From: Ptychomitrium polyphyllum
Taxonomy: Eukaryota
NCBI GenBank assembly: GCA_973851085.1
Contig: OZ316775.1
Location: 3,844,001-3,908,000 of the forward strand
Length of the DNA stretch: 64,000 nucleotides
Direction: 5' to 3'
Below the pieces are notes generated by a model. The model was not told the DNA's origin. It made no database searches and saw only the letters and a program-made list of their open reading frames with translations. Positions 51,590 to 63,030 of this stretch are shown one piece after another. Position 1 is the stretch's first letter; every line of letters begins with the position of its first letter. Made by a program: the position numbers and the translations under genes.

Positions 51590-54500
51590 CTGACTTGGTT
51601 TCTGAGGATATCTCTGAAAATATTTGCGTACCTTCTCGGATGCATTTGAAACATTAGTTGAAGGTTCCTATGTTCGGTCATTGATGCCATATCGTTGCCA
51701 ATGTATAAAATACTCCACACGTCCGTTCTTGATGCGTGAATCTAAGATCTCTTCCACTTCATATTTGATTTCATTATTGATTTCCAGCGGAAGAGGCAGA
51801 GGAACAATTCTTTTTGGCATATATGATTTGTTATAGGTTTCCAACAACGATACGTGGAATACTGGATGAATTTGCATACTTGGTCGTAGCTTTAGGCAAT
51901 AACTAACCAGATTTATCTGTTTGCTGATTTCAAACGGTTCCAATCTTTGATAGTCCAACTTCTTTGATGGTGTTTTTTTTTATATATTTTGTTGTAGGAG
52001 CCATAAACTATCTCCAACCTTGAACTTTAGATAGTCCTTCTGATGGCAATCTGCATAAGATTTGTAACGATCTTGAGCTTATTGTAACTGGAAGGTGATT
52101 TTTTTGATGGATTTTAGCAAATTGAATTGCAAAATCTTCTGCTGCAGGACTTCCAACATGCTTCATTTGAAATGGATCTGCTTGAGGATGATGGCCATAA
52201 TTTGCAAAGAATGGGCTTTAAGTTGTTGAAGAATGCACTGTATTGTTGTACGCAAACTCTGCCAAAAGCAAGAGATCCACCTAATTGTCTTGCTAGTAGT
52301 TTATGCTACAACAAAGGTTCTGCTCCAAAATTTAATTCACACGTTTGGTTTGGCCATCAGTTTGCGGATGGTGTGCTGAAGAAAAATTGATTTTTATATG
52401 AAATAGCTGGAATAGAGCCCTCCAAAAGTTGGAAATGAACTCCAGCCCTCGATCGGATACAATATTATCTGGTAGTTCATGTATGCGGTAGATGTGATTT
52501 AGAAACAACTTGGCAGTTTCTTCTCTCGTTACCGTCTTGTTGCATGGAATGAAATGTGTCATTTTAGTAAATCGATCCATTACTACCAAAATAGAATCCT
52601 TAGAATCAGAGTTTGGAAGGTCCGTGATAAAATCCATTGATAAAGACAACCATGGGTCCTTTGGCACTGGAAGCGGATGGAGGAGACCATGAGATTGGTG
52701 TGTTGGTACCTTGGCTCTTGCACAAGTGTCGCATGATCAAATAAAGTCCTTCACGTACTTCCACATTTGTGGCCACCAATAGTCTTTTGCAATCAACTCC
52801 ATTGTTTTATTGAATCCAAAATGTCCTGCTGCTGGAAAATCATGACGTGCTTGAAGGATCTTCAACCGCAAAGGGCCTGGAGGTAGGTACAAAAGTCTTT
52901 TATAATAAAGTAGGCCCTCTTGGAATTCAAAGTCCTCATTGCTATTTAAAGGATTTCCATTCTCTTTGAGGCGCTTTTTTATATTTAGGACAAAGACATC
53001 ATTCTTTAAAGCCTTCCGAATTTTGTCAAGATGGGATATTATTGTAATAATCGCTGCTTTCAATTGAAGATTCTCTGGCTTCAATAAAATAGTCCTTTGT
53101 TGATTCAAAACATCATCTTCAGGTTGAAGAGCTAAATAAGATCTTCAAAATAAAGCATCTAGCTTACATTGTAAGCTACCAGGTTGGTAGGTAATGACAA
53201 AGTCAAATCTGGAAAGCGACATATTCCACCTTGTTTGACGGCGATTCAAAACACACGCACTCATGAAAAACTCCAAGTTCTTGTGGTCTGTATATATCGT
53301 GATGGTATATTGAGCTCTTTCTAACAAGTGTTGCCATTCTTTAAACGCATCTATAATTGCAAGTAGTTCTTTATCATATATATCATAGTTGATCTCTGCC
53401 GCTGAAAACTTCCTTAAACGAAAGGCAAGAGAGTGAAATCTCTCGTCTTCATCATATTGTGAAAGTACTGAGCTAAGCGCAAAATCTGAGGCATCTGCTT
53501 CCAAATAAAAAGACGTCGATGGGTTTGGATGAATAGGGATTGGAGCCAACGTGAATGATTTCTTAAGACTTTGAAATGTTTTTTCTGCTTCTTCATTCCA
53601 AATGAATTTTTGCTTCCTCATAAGACATGTTATTGGTGCTGCAAATTTGGAATAATTCTTGATGAATTTCCTGTAGAAGTTTGCAGATTCCAAAAAGAAT
53701 TGAACATCTCAAATTGATCTTGGCATAGTTTACTCCATGACAATGCTTATTTTCTTCTTATCCATATGGATTCCTCCTTTGTAAATGATGTAGCCTAAAA
53801 ATTCAACCGAGGATTCATGGAAAAGGCACTTCTCCAATTTGGCATATAATCTTTGTTGGCGGAGTTTTTCTAAGACCAGTCGCACATGACATTTGTGGTC
53901 TTGTTCATCCTTTGAATATATCAAAATGTCATCCAAGTTGATAACTACAAAATCGTTCAAATATTCATGGACAATATCATTCATCATATGTTAGAATACT
54001 ACGGGAGCATTAGTAAGGCCAAAAAGCATGACCTTATATTCAAAATGACCATACCTATATCAAAAAGTTGTCTTCCATTTATCTCCTTCATTGATGCGTA
54101 CAAGTTTGTAGGCTCTTCTAAGATCAATTTTGGTGAATATTTTTGCTTGGCCAAGTTGTTGTAGGAGTCCAAAGATTAATGGTAATGGATAGCGACTCTT
54201 TTTTGGTTACTTTATTGAAGCATCAATAGTCCACGTACATACGTAATGATCCATCTTTTTTCTTTACAAATAAAATGGGTGCCCCAGCCAGTGATTTAAA
54301 GTGTTGAATGAAACCCTTTCCGAGGTTTTCATCAATATATTTTGTCAGGGCAGTCAATTTGGTTTGTAATAAGTTATAAATAGGTCCAAAAGGTGGTTGT
54401 GTTCCTTCTTGCAACTCAATGGTACAATCATAAGGCCGGTATTTTGGTAATATGTCCGCATTTTTCTTTTCGAAGACGTCTTTATAATCTTGATATTGAT

Positions 54501-55930
54501 GAGGTATGTTTCGATTAGTCTCTATTATAGAACTGGACATTGGTGTGGTATAAATGATATAAATAGGTTCATCCTTTGCCGCTCTCATGAATGCCTTAGC
54601 TTCAATAAATGATGGTCTAAAATTTCTCGTATTTTGACGTTTTTTCCTTGAGACCACACTCCGTGAGCGCCAATCAATAACTTCAATAGGTGTGGAATAT
54701 TTTTTATTCACAAGCACCATGTGATGTTTGGTTGCAAAATCCTTGTCCATGAAACATGCCGTTGCATTAGTATCAAATAGAGCCTCAATAATTATTTCAT
54801 CGTCTAACAATTTAATTTTGATAGGAAATGTAAAGTAAGAGGTAAGGCTTGAAGGTAATAAGAGACCTTGATTTGATGGTTGTTTCCTTGTGGTGTCCAA
54901 TTGCATGGTCTCTACTGTGACTGAACAGCCTTGTTTTCCAACTCCACTATTGTGCTTTGAGCCTTAAGGGCAAATCCTTTAATTTGGCAATTGCGCACTT
55001 TATGTCTAGACTTGCCACAATACAAACATAGGTTTTCTCTTCGACGTCTTTTTTTAATTTTGGAGTCAAACTTCTAAACTGGGCAGCATTAATTTGCATA
55101 GGTTCTGGTCCTTGTGGTTGGCTTTCCGATACTCTTGAAGAAGTGGTAGACATGCTTTGATATACTAGTCACTATTCCAAGCGTTGTTCTTGGCACCTTC
55201 CAAATAGTCTGTTGTCATATGCTATAGTTTAAGTGATGAATTTGTCCAATGTTTCAATTCTTGGCATTGTAAATAGCAAGTCTTTCACATTCTCTCTTAA
55301 GTCCCATCAAAAACGTGTGACCAAGGCCTTATCATTCCAATTAAGGTTGCAAGCTAGTTGTCAAAACTCTGCAGCATATGTAGCAGCTGAGTATTGTCCT
55401 TATTGTAGACTTTGGATCCTTGTCTCAGCCATCATTTTTCGGTCAATGTTTCCAAAAGTAGATGTCAATGCTTCTATGAAAGCATCTATGTTCTTTAATA
55501 ATGGTGATTGCTTCTCCATTAGTGGTGCAAACCATAATAGTGCATTGTTTGATAAAAGAGTGGCCACAAATCCTACTTGAGTTGTGCCATCAGGATAGTG
55601 AGATTGATGCAAACTAAGGAAGAGCCATACTTGTTGAACAAAACCTCTCAATTTTGATCTTGATCTATCGAACTTGTCTGGCATGCTAATTTTTGGCTTT
55701 GCATGGGTTTGACATAAACCTTTTTTTCCAATATTGGCCTCTCACAATCGAACAATTTCTTGATATAGGCTTTGAATATCACCATTGAATTCTTTAGCTT
55801 ACCGAGTGTATTGCTCTAAATTTTTGGTAGTGTTAAAGCGGGCAAGTTCTGTTCAAACTGTATTTAATAACTTTTGAAGGTCTGCAATAGTTGCAAATCT
55901 ATTCTCTGATGTTCCAAGCACAATCTTCTT
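51590..55930 (-). pseudogene. gag-pol of family A element, with many stops and frameshifts
   Basis: gag MPDKFDRSRSKLRGF, QGPEPMQI; PR LFDTNATACF; RT GAPILFVKKKDGSLRMYVDY and INLDDILIY; RH EADASDFAL, YDIYDKELLAI, TDHKNLE; IN HDFPAAGHFG, MDFITDLP, SDRG, HPQTDGQT; IHPVFHVSLL; chromodomain YEVEEILDSR...EYFIHWQRY. Confidence 0.93.
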
Positions 55931-55976
55931 TAAAAAACCTTAGCTCTGACAAAGATAAAGAATAATCTTGCCAAGC

Positions 55977-56594
55977 TCTTAGGAACAAAAGAAACAAGAA
56001 ATTGAAACAAAGTGTTTTCCAAGAATTAGCTTCCAAAAAAGCTAATGATTAACAAGAACTTGATACAAAGACTAGAACAAGGCAGGATTCAAGATGATCC
56101 ACAACTTGTGTTGGCAAGACTAAAGAATACCTTGTCTTGCCTCCTATTTATACTATGACGTTTGTATCTCCTATGATACTTCTAAAGAAGCTTTCTATAA
56201 GGCTTAAGAATGTTCTAGAAGTCTAGGGAACCTTTCCAAGAAGTTTCCTAAGATGTTGGAACCTTCCTAAGAAGCTTCAAAGGAGTTGGAACCTTCTTTG
56301 GAAGTTTCCTAAGGCCGCGGAACCTTCCTTGGAAGTTTCCTAAGGTTGTGGAACCTTCTTAGGAAGTTTCTTAAAGAGGTAGAACCTTCATAGAAAGTTT
56401 TCTAAGGTGATGGAATCTTCATAGGAAATTTTCTAAGAAGTTACCTAAGATGATAGAACCTTCCTAGGAAGTTTCTTAAGGTAGAAGAATTTTCTTAGGA
56501 AGTTTCTTAAGAACATGGAAAGGCTATAGAGACATTTAAAAGTATTCTAAGAAGCTATTGTAGTATACTAGAAGGTGCTAGAATGTCTGTGACA
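55977..56594 (-). repeat. 5' LTR of family A element, with TATAAATA at 56152-56145
   Basis: Starts TGTCACAG. The 608-bp core 55979-56586 matches 50289-50896 with only 3 substitutions by my count. Confidence 0.95.
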
Positions 56595-59500
56595 ATACCC
56601 TACTCTAAATTTTCCCTGTACGCTTCCTTGAAAATCCCAAATGCTAAATATGTCATAACTTCTAGTTAATTAATCCAAAGCATCTAAAAATTTAACAAAA
56701 ATTTCTTGAAACATTTAATATGCTATAAATAAATTTTGGTTGCCAAATCCTTAGTACCCTCTAAGATCCATAACTTCAAAATTTACATTCTTCATTGCTA
56801 TAGCTTCTATATTCCTATCACTTTATGACTTCATAACTCTCTTTTTATTGCAAATTCAAACTTTAAACTTTATATATATAATATTTATTCTATTATAAAC
56901 ACCTTGTCAAAAGATCAACCTTAGAAATCCTTTCAATCATCTACAATGACCCAAATTGTGCAACACCTAATTCTATTGTACACTGCCCTCTAAATCCCGG
57001 TTGCATTTTTCTTTTTGTCTTTTGCTCAAAAAGTGCAATGCTCACCAAATTTTGATATTATTTTTTCAAAGTAATGCAAACCTTTTTCTCAAAATTTCAC
57101 TTACAAAAGATGTATCTACAAGAAGTTATGAACATTCAAATAGCTGCCCTCAGAAACTCAAAGCAACTAACTTAACTTTACTCAAACTAAAGCCACAACC
57201 ATATACTAACTCCAAATGGAGCGTGTGATGGCTTTTTAGAAAGCTTACAAAAAAAAATTAAAAAAATCCAATAATCATAAATTCAAACTAAGTGGTATAC
57301 TATGAGATCTCACCCAAAAAAAGGCTCCTTTCTTATTCTAGTGGGAGAGGCCAAGAGAGAAGAAGAAAGCGGTGGTCAAACCGCCACATCCGCCCCTTAT
57401 CACTCTACATCAGCTATATCTCTTTACAACAGCCCCTAATCTCCTTTATCAAATCCTTATCTAACCATATCTTCAAATAAAAAACAACTTAAATCCTTTT
57501 TTTTTGCTTTTCTTTCTTTTCTTTCTTTTAGTCGAAACTCCTAGGTTCCAACTACAAAGAAGATAAAATCAACCCTTACAAGTCTAAAATAGAAACTAAA
57601 AAAACTAAAAAAAGTTTTAAAAAGTAGATAAAATATTAGAATTCAACAGGAAACAAGTTAAGAATAAAACCATTATCGAGGTAGGATCAGATATCAAATC
57701 ATGAACTCGGTTGACTAAATAAGTTCCAGCTGCTGAACTGGTCTGAGTTCAATTCTTGTTAGATTTGTTGAGTAGAACGGCAACACTTGACTTGGTACTA
57801 CTAGCAAAAATGTCAAGTAGGAAAAACTACAGTCAATCGGCCTAATCACCTTGAGCTAAGATAAAATGCGGTTCTACCTCCAAGACAAATAAAAATTGTG
57901 GTTTCACCACGACCTTTTTTTAATCTAATTATTTTTTTTTCCTAATTTTCTTTTCCAAATACACCAAATAATAAATACCACTCAAGTTTTAAATTGTACA
58001 ATTAAATACATTACGACAACGGCGTTTACAAAAACGTTTGATAACTATGATATGCTTTATTTTACAACTAATAAGATTTGCGCTCTACACAAAGGACCAC
58101 AATTGATAGCAATTTATGCATTGGAATTTTGACAACTTGCATGTTACATTAATTGGAGAGAAGAAGCATTAATAAGTTAGTTTCATTGGCGTATATATGA
58201 CAAAATTAAGCATTTGTTGCTATTCATGCCGGATCTTTAGACACTTGATAAAGCCACAAATCAAATTTTAAAATGCCATAATTGTTTATTTCAACATCGG
58301 CAAAATAAGCTTGCTTTGATCATGCTGTGTTTATATACCAACTTCTTGGTAGCCTTAACCCCGTCCACCTACAATGAGTATATGAGAATAAAGGCCATAC
58401 ATGAAAAAAAATGTCAAAGGAAGCAAGGCTTGTGTTTGTACTGTAGAAAATCTAACCACAACATTGATAATTGTTCTAAGAAATTCCTACGTACATATTG
58501 AATAAGGGATACAACCACAATACAAAATGCTTTGCAAAAAAACAATGATGTTTAGCCACAATAGGAACTATGTGACTGAATCCGCTTCTTTTGCAAGCAA
58601 AAAAAGATCTTGTCTTATTAATTCATTTGTCTTCTTGTTTTACTATTTTTGTTTGTTTAAGTGTACAAAAATTCAAAATTTTGCTTTATAGGATTTGAGA
58701 GTTTTTTTTTGCTTTATTGATGAAGAATTTTTGAAAATCTATAAAAAAAAATTTATTAAAAAATTTGAACATGTCCATATAAAAGTCATAAATGCCCAAC
58801 TTTCATCCTCTAGAGATATATTTCATGAAATTAGTCCATTAAAAATAACATTTAATAACCATAGTAGTCAAGTTGTATTTAATGTCATTGAATTTCTATC
58901 AAGTTCCATCATTTAAGGGCTTTTTTGGCTCAAAAAATACAATTCACATGTAGATTGGGCATTCCATAGAATAAAAAAATTCTACAAAAAAATTAGTAAC
59001 TGTTAAATCTAAAGAAGAAGCTGATGCATCTAATTGATTTAAATCATTAAGTTTTTCTTTATTGGAGCTAAAGCATTTATGAAGGCGGCAAAAAATGGCG
59101 CCCCTTTAGCGTTTATGCATCTTCAAAACCTAAAAATGTGGCTTCATCATCAATCATTCTAAAAAAATATAATGAATTCCAAAATGTATTTGTATAGAAA
59201 AATGCAGATACTCTATTAGAACATCATCTCTACAATTGTACCATTGGTCTCCAAGACAGCGCTCAACTAATATTGGGATCTATTTATAATCTGTTCCAAA
59301 ATAAGCTTTTGGCATTGAGAGAGTATATTGATGAAAATTAAGCAAAAAATTTCATTTAATATTCAAAGTTGAGTGCAAATGCTTTGATATTTTTTGTGAA
59401 AAATAAGGATGGACGTTTACAAATGTGTATTAATTACCGTAGCCTCAATAAAGTGACGGTGATGTATTGATGTTTATTGTCGCTAGTATTTGAACTTCTT

Positions 59501-62500
59501 CATCAACTTAGCCAAACAAAGATCTATACCAAAATAGATTAACAAGGGGCTTACAACTTGATGCATATTAAAGAAAGAAATGTATGGAAGACGAAATTTT
59601 AAATAAGGTATAAATATTCTAAGTACAATGTTATGCCTTTTAGACTTATCAATGCACGTGTCATTTTCCAATTGCCTCAATGACTTTATTATATGCTATT
59701 TGGACAATATCTTAATTTATTCAAAGAATCCAAAGGAACATGAATCACATATCCGCATAATCCTTTAAAAGCTACAAGATACTAGATTGTATGCCAAGTT
59801 GGAGAAATGTGTTTTCCATAAGCCTCAAATATAATTCTTTGGCTATATCATTTCCAATAAAGAACTATAGATGGATACAAAGAAGGTAAAAGCAATCAGC
59901 AATTAGACAAGGCCAAAATTGGTATCTAATGTTCAGTGCTTTCTTAGATTTGCAAACTTTTATAAGAACTTCATTAATAAGTATTTTCAAATAATTGTGC
60001 CACTGACACAATTAACATGTAAAAAAAAACTTGAATAGGGACTTGATGCCAAGGATGCATTTTGAAGTATGAAGAGAGCTTTTACCACAACTCCTATTTT
60101 GGTCCATCTAGACTTCTTATGGTCATTTAATATAGAAATGGATGCTTGTGATTTTGCATTAGGAACAATTTTGTTACAATCAAAAGAAGAAGGGAAATTC
60201 CACCTAGTTGCATTTTACTCTAGAAAATTTTACTCTAGAAAATTTACTCTAGAAATTACTACAAGATCCACGATAAGAATCCCTTGCAATTGTAAATTCC
60301 TTCCAAAAATGGCTTTACTTGCTCAAAGATGCCACCCATCCAATAATTGTATATACAAATTACAAAAAACTTGAATATTTCATCTTAGTCCATATCTTAA
60401 ATTAATGCCAAACTTGTTGGAGTATGTCTTTATTTCAATTTAATTTTTGCATTATATATTAATCCAACAAATAGCAAAGATTGTCAAATGCTTTGTTTAG
60501 GCAATTATATCTTGTGCCGAAAGAAGAAGAGGCAGTACACAATCAATAACAAGCAATTCTATTGAAATTTAAACAATTTTATATTTGTGCAATTACTATT
60601 TCAATTCCAATGGATTCATCATTCTTTAACCAAGTTTGTGTGGCATATACCACAAATCGTCTTACTTTTTATATCAAATGTCGTTCCAACAATCTTTCCA
60701 AATATGTGTTTAAATTCAAATTTGAAGACAACCTCTTGTATTTTGAAAAACTCCTATATATTCCTAAAAGACAAGTTTGCCTTTTTATACTTCAAATATG
60801 TTATAATTAGCCTACAATTGGACATTTTGAATTCAACAAGATTTTGAAATTCTCTCTCTATCAACTTTTGGTAAGCTCAAATGTGGAAAGGAATTAAAAA
60901 GTTTGTACTCTTATATGATACATGTTCAAAGTTGAAGGCAGCCTTAGCAATATCCATACAAACTTCTCCAACCACTACCTATTCAAAACAACCATAATTG
61001 TTTGTTTGCATGGATTTCATTAAAGGTCTTTTATGATCAATTTTTTTTTTTATACCATCTTTGTAGTTGTAGACCAATTGACTAAGATGGTGCATTTTGT
61101 ACCTTGCAAGAAGACAATTACAAATAAAGAGATTGTCACATGTTTATAAATTATGTCTATTGCTACCATTAATTACTTAACAACATCATATGAGATTGTA
61201 TGCTACAATTCATATTAAAACTTTGGAAGTCTCTCGTAAAAAACCTTAAGGTGAACATCAAACTGTCTTTTGCCTTCTATCTTTATATCAGTGGTCAAAC
61301 AAAGGAAATTTACCAAATCTTTAAACAATACTTGAAATATACCATCAACTACCAATAAGGTGATTGGGCTTCCTACTTGACACTGGCTAATTTTGCTTAC
61401 AACAACACCACTCATGCTTCCATCCAATAAATACTATTCTATGGCAATTATGAGCAACATCCAAAGATGGATATATTACAGCCTCTACAATTTGAGAACT
61501 CAACAATAGAGAGATTTGCTACGAAAATGGCAGAGCTTCAAGTAACCATGAAGATTCAATTAGAAGAAACTCAAGAACAATATGACAAAACAATAGATGC
61601 AACAAGGAAGGAACAACCTCCATTACAAATTGGTAAGAAGATGTGGCTCCTTCATTGCAATATTATGACCAACAGGCTATGCAATAAGTTAGTCTATTGT
61701 AAGTTGGGACCATTTGCAATTCAAAAACAAGTCAACTACGTGGCATATTGTTTAGAGCTATTAGTATCAATAAAAGTACATCCAATCCTCTACCTTTTAC
61801 TTTTAAAAACCTATAACAAGTCAACTATCTTTAAATAAAGACAGCTGCCACCACTTGTAATAAAAATTGACAATCATCATGAATTTGAAATAGAAGTATT
61901 TAGTTCATAGATAAAACATGAAAGGCAAGAATATTTGGAATACTAGCGGAGATATGATATTAATGAACGCTCATGGGAGCCAATTAATAATCTTGCCAAT
62001 TTGTATGTAAAAATTCATGGATTCCATCAATAGAATCTATCCAAATAATAGATAATAGCACAGGAAACAGTGGCTAGGTAATATTGTGTAACCTTGAAGG
62101 CTCTTAATTCTTAGATTTTTAAGTAGTGAAGAAAGCAATTTCTAAAACACAAGATTATAAGCACCATATATGACATAAAATCTAATCTTTTGTATTTTGA
62201 ATTTATCACAATTCCTTGAAATTAATTCAATATATTAGATATGGATAGTCAAGATGCAGATACCATACCAATGGTGTCAATCCAATTAAATGGCTTGTGT
62301 TGATGACCTTAAAATAAAGAATAAATTATACCAAAAAGATGTTGAAAGACATTTAGTAATAGATTGTTGGTGATTTTTTTTGAAGTGGACTTTGCATATG
62401 AGGATTATTTAAAAGTAATGTTTAAAAGACGTTTTTACAATTAAGATACAAAAGTTCATGTTTGGTCTCAATTAGAAGGTATTATCACTATTAATGGTTG

Positions 62501-62642
62501 CAAGGAACTACAAATCATTTCAATTGTAAAAAACAATTGGAATATGTTGTAAATACCATGCAACAAAATTTTGACTTCCTACAACTTTGAGCACTTGTTG
62601 TAACATGTTCCTCGAAAATTTTAAAATTTGAAAGGAAGGTGA

Positions 62643-63030
62643 TGTCTTAGAAATATGTATTAGAAATTTTTAGAAAGGTTTTAGAAGGTTTAAGAAGGCT
62701 AAAGAAGCTTCCAAGGAAGCTGTCTTAATTAAGGAAGTTTTTTAAGAAGTTATTTAGATAAAAAAAACCTTCCAATGGAACAATTTAAGGTTGTTTGAGT
62801 ACAAAGTACTGTATTAGAAATTTTTTAAGAAGCTTCTAAGGCTTGTAATTCTAGTATATATAAGAATTAAATATAAAGAAATTTTTTATCTTCACAACGC
62901 ACCTCTTAGAACTTACTTAAACCTCCTACTCCTATTTCCATACCTTATAATAGTTCTTTATTTCTAACATAAACCTTGGAAATACTTTATTCCATATTCT
63001 AGAGTCTTAAAGCCTTACCTTAATATTATT
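62643..63030 (+). repeat. 3' LTR of family B element (right end indistinct)
   Basis: Begins TGTCTTAG directly after the purine tract AAAGGAAGGTGA. Aligns with 49121-49480, and no PBS follows. Confidence 0.8.

Larger units (their letters stand above)
50287..56594 (-). mobile_element. Full-length but inactivated chromodomain-containing Ty3/Gypsy LTR retrotransposon (Tcn1-like, family A), about 6.3 kb
   Basis: 5' LTR 56594-55977 and 3' LTR 50932-50287 (direct repeats, offset 5690). PBS 55974-55964 and PPT AAAGGGGGAGGTGA at 50946-50933. Domain order gag-PR-RT-RH-IN-chromodomain. Flanks ATATT / ATACC look like a decayed 5-bp TSD. Confidence 0.95.
50173..58018. mobile_element. Intermediate insertion (about 1.5 kb net of the element inside it), probably a solo LTR or relic of another family
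   Basis: Begins TGTCATGA exactly where family B gag similarity stops and ends TTACGACA exactly where it resumes. Non-coding, AT-rich. Confidence 0.5.
49121..63030 (+). mobile_element. Old, heavily decayed chromovirus-type Ty3/Gypsy element (family B), split in gag by nested insertions
   Basis: 5' LTR 49121-49490 and PBS 49494-49504. Gag N-terminus ~49940-50172 (EPRISLSKKFDRT...FAPPFEKNSSIL..FDAFL), resuming at ~58019 (AFTKTFD...QLACYINW, CLYCRKSNH knuckle), then PR, RT (CYLDNILIY), RNase H (DACDFALG), IN, GPY/F and chromodomain (~61880-62030). PPT 62631-62642 and 3' LTR from 62643. That both halves are one element is inferred. Confidence 0.7.

Noticed and set aside
55956..55973. tRNA-type PBS because TGG lies 3 nt after the LTR
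   Set aside because: The complement (TAAAGAATAATCTTGCCA) does not resemble a tRNA acceptor/T-stem 3' end, and family B has TGT at the same site. A tRNA database search was not possible.
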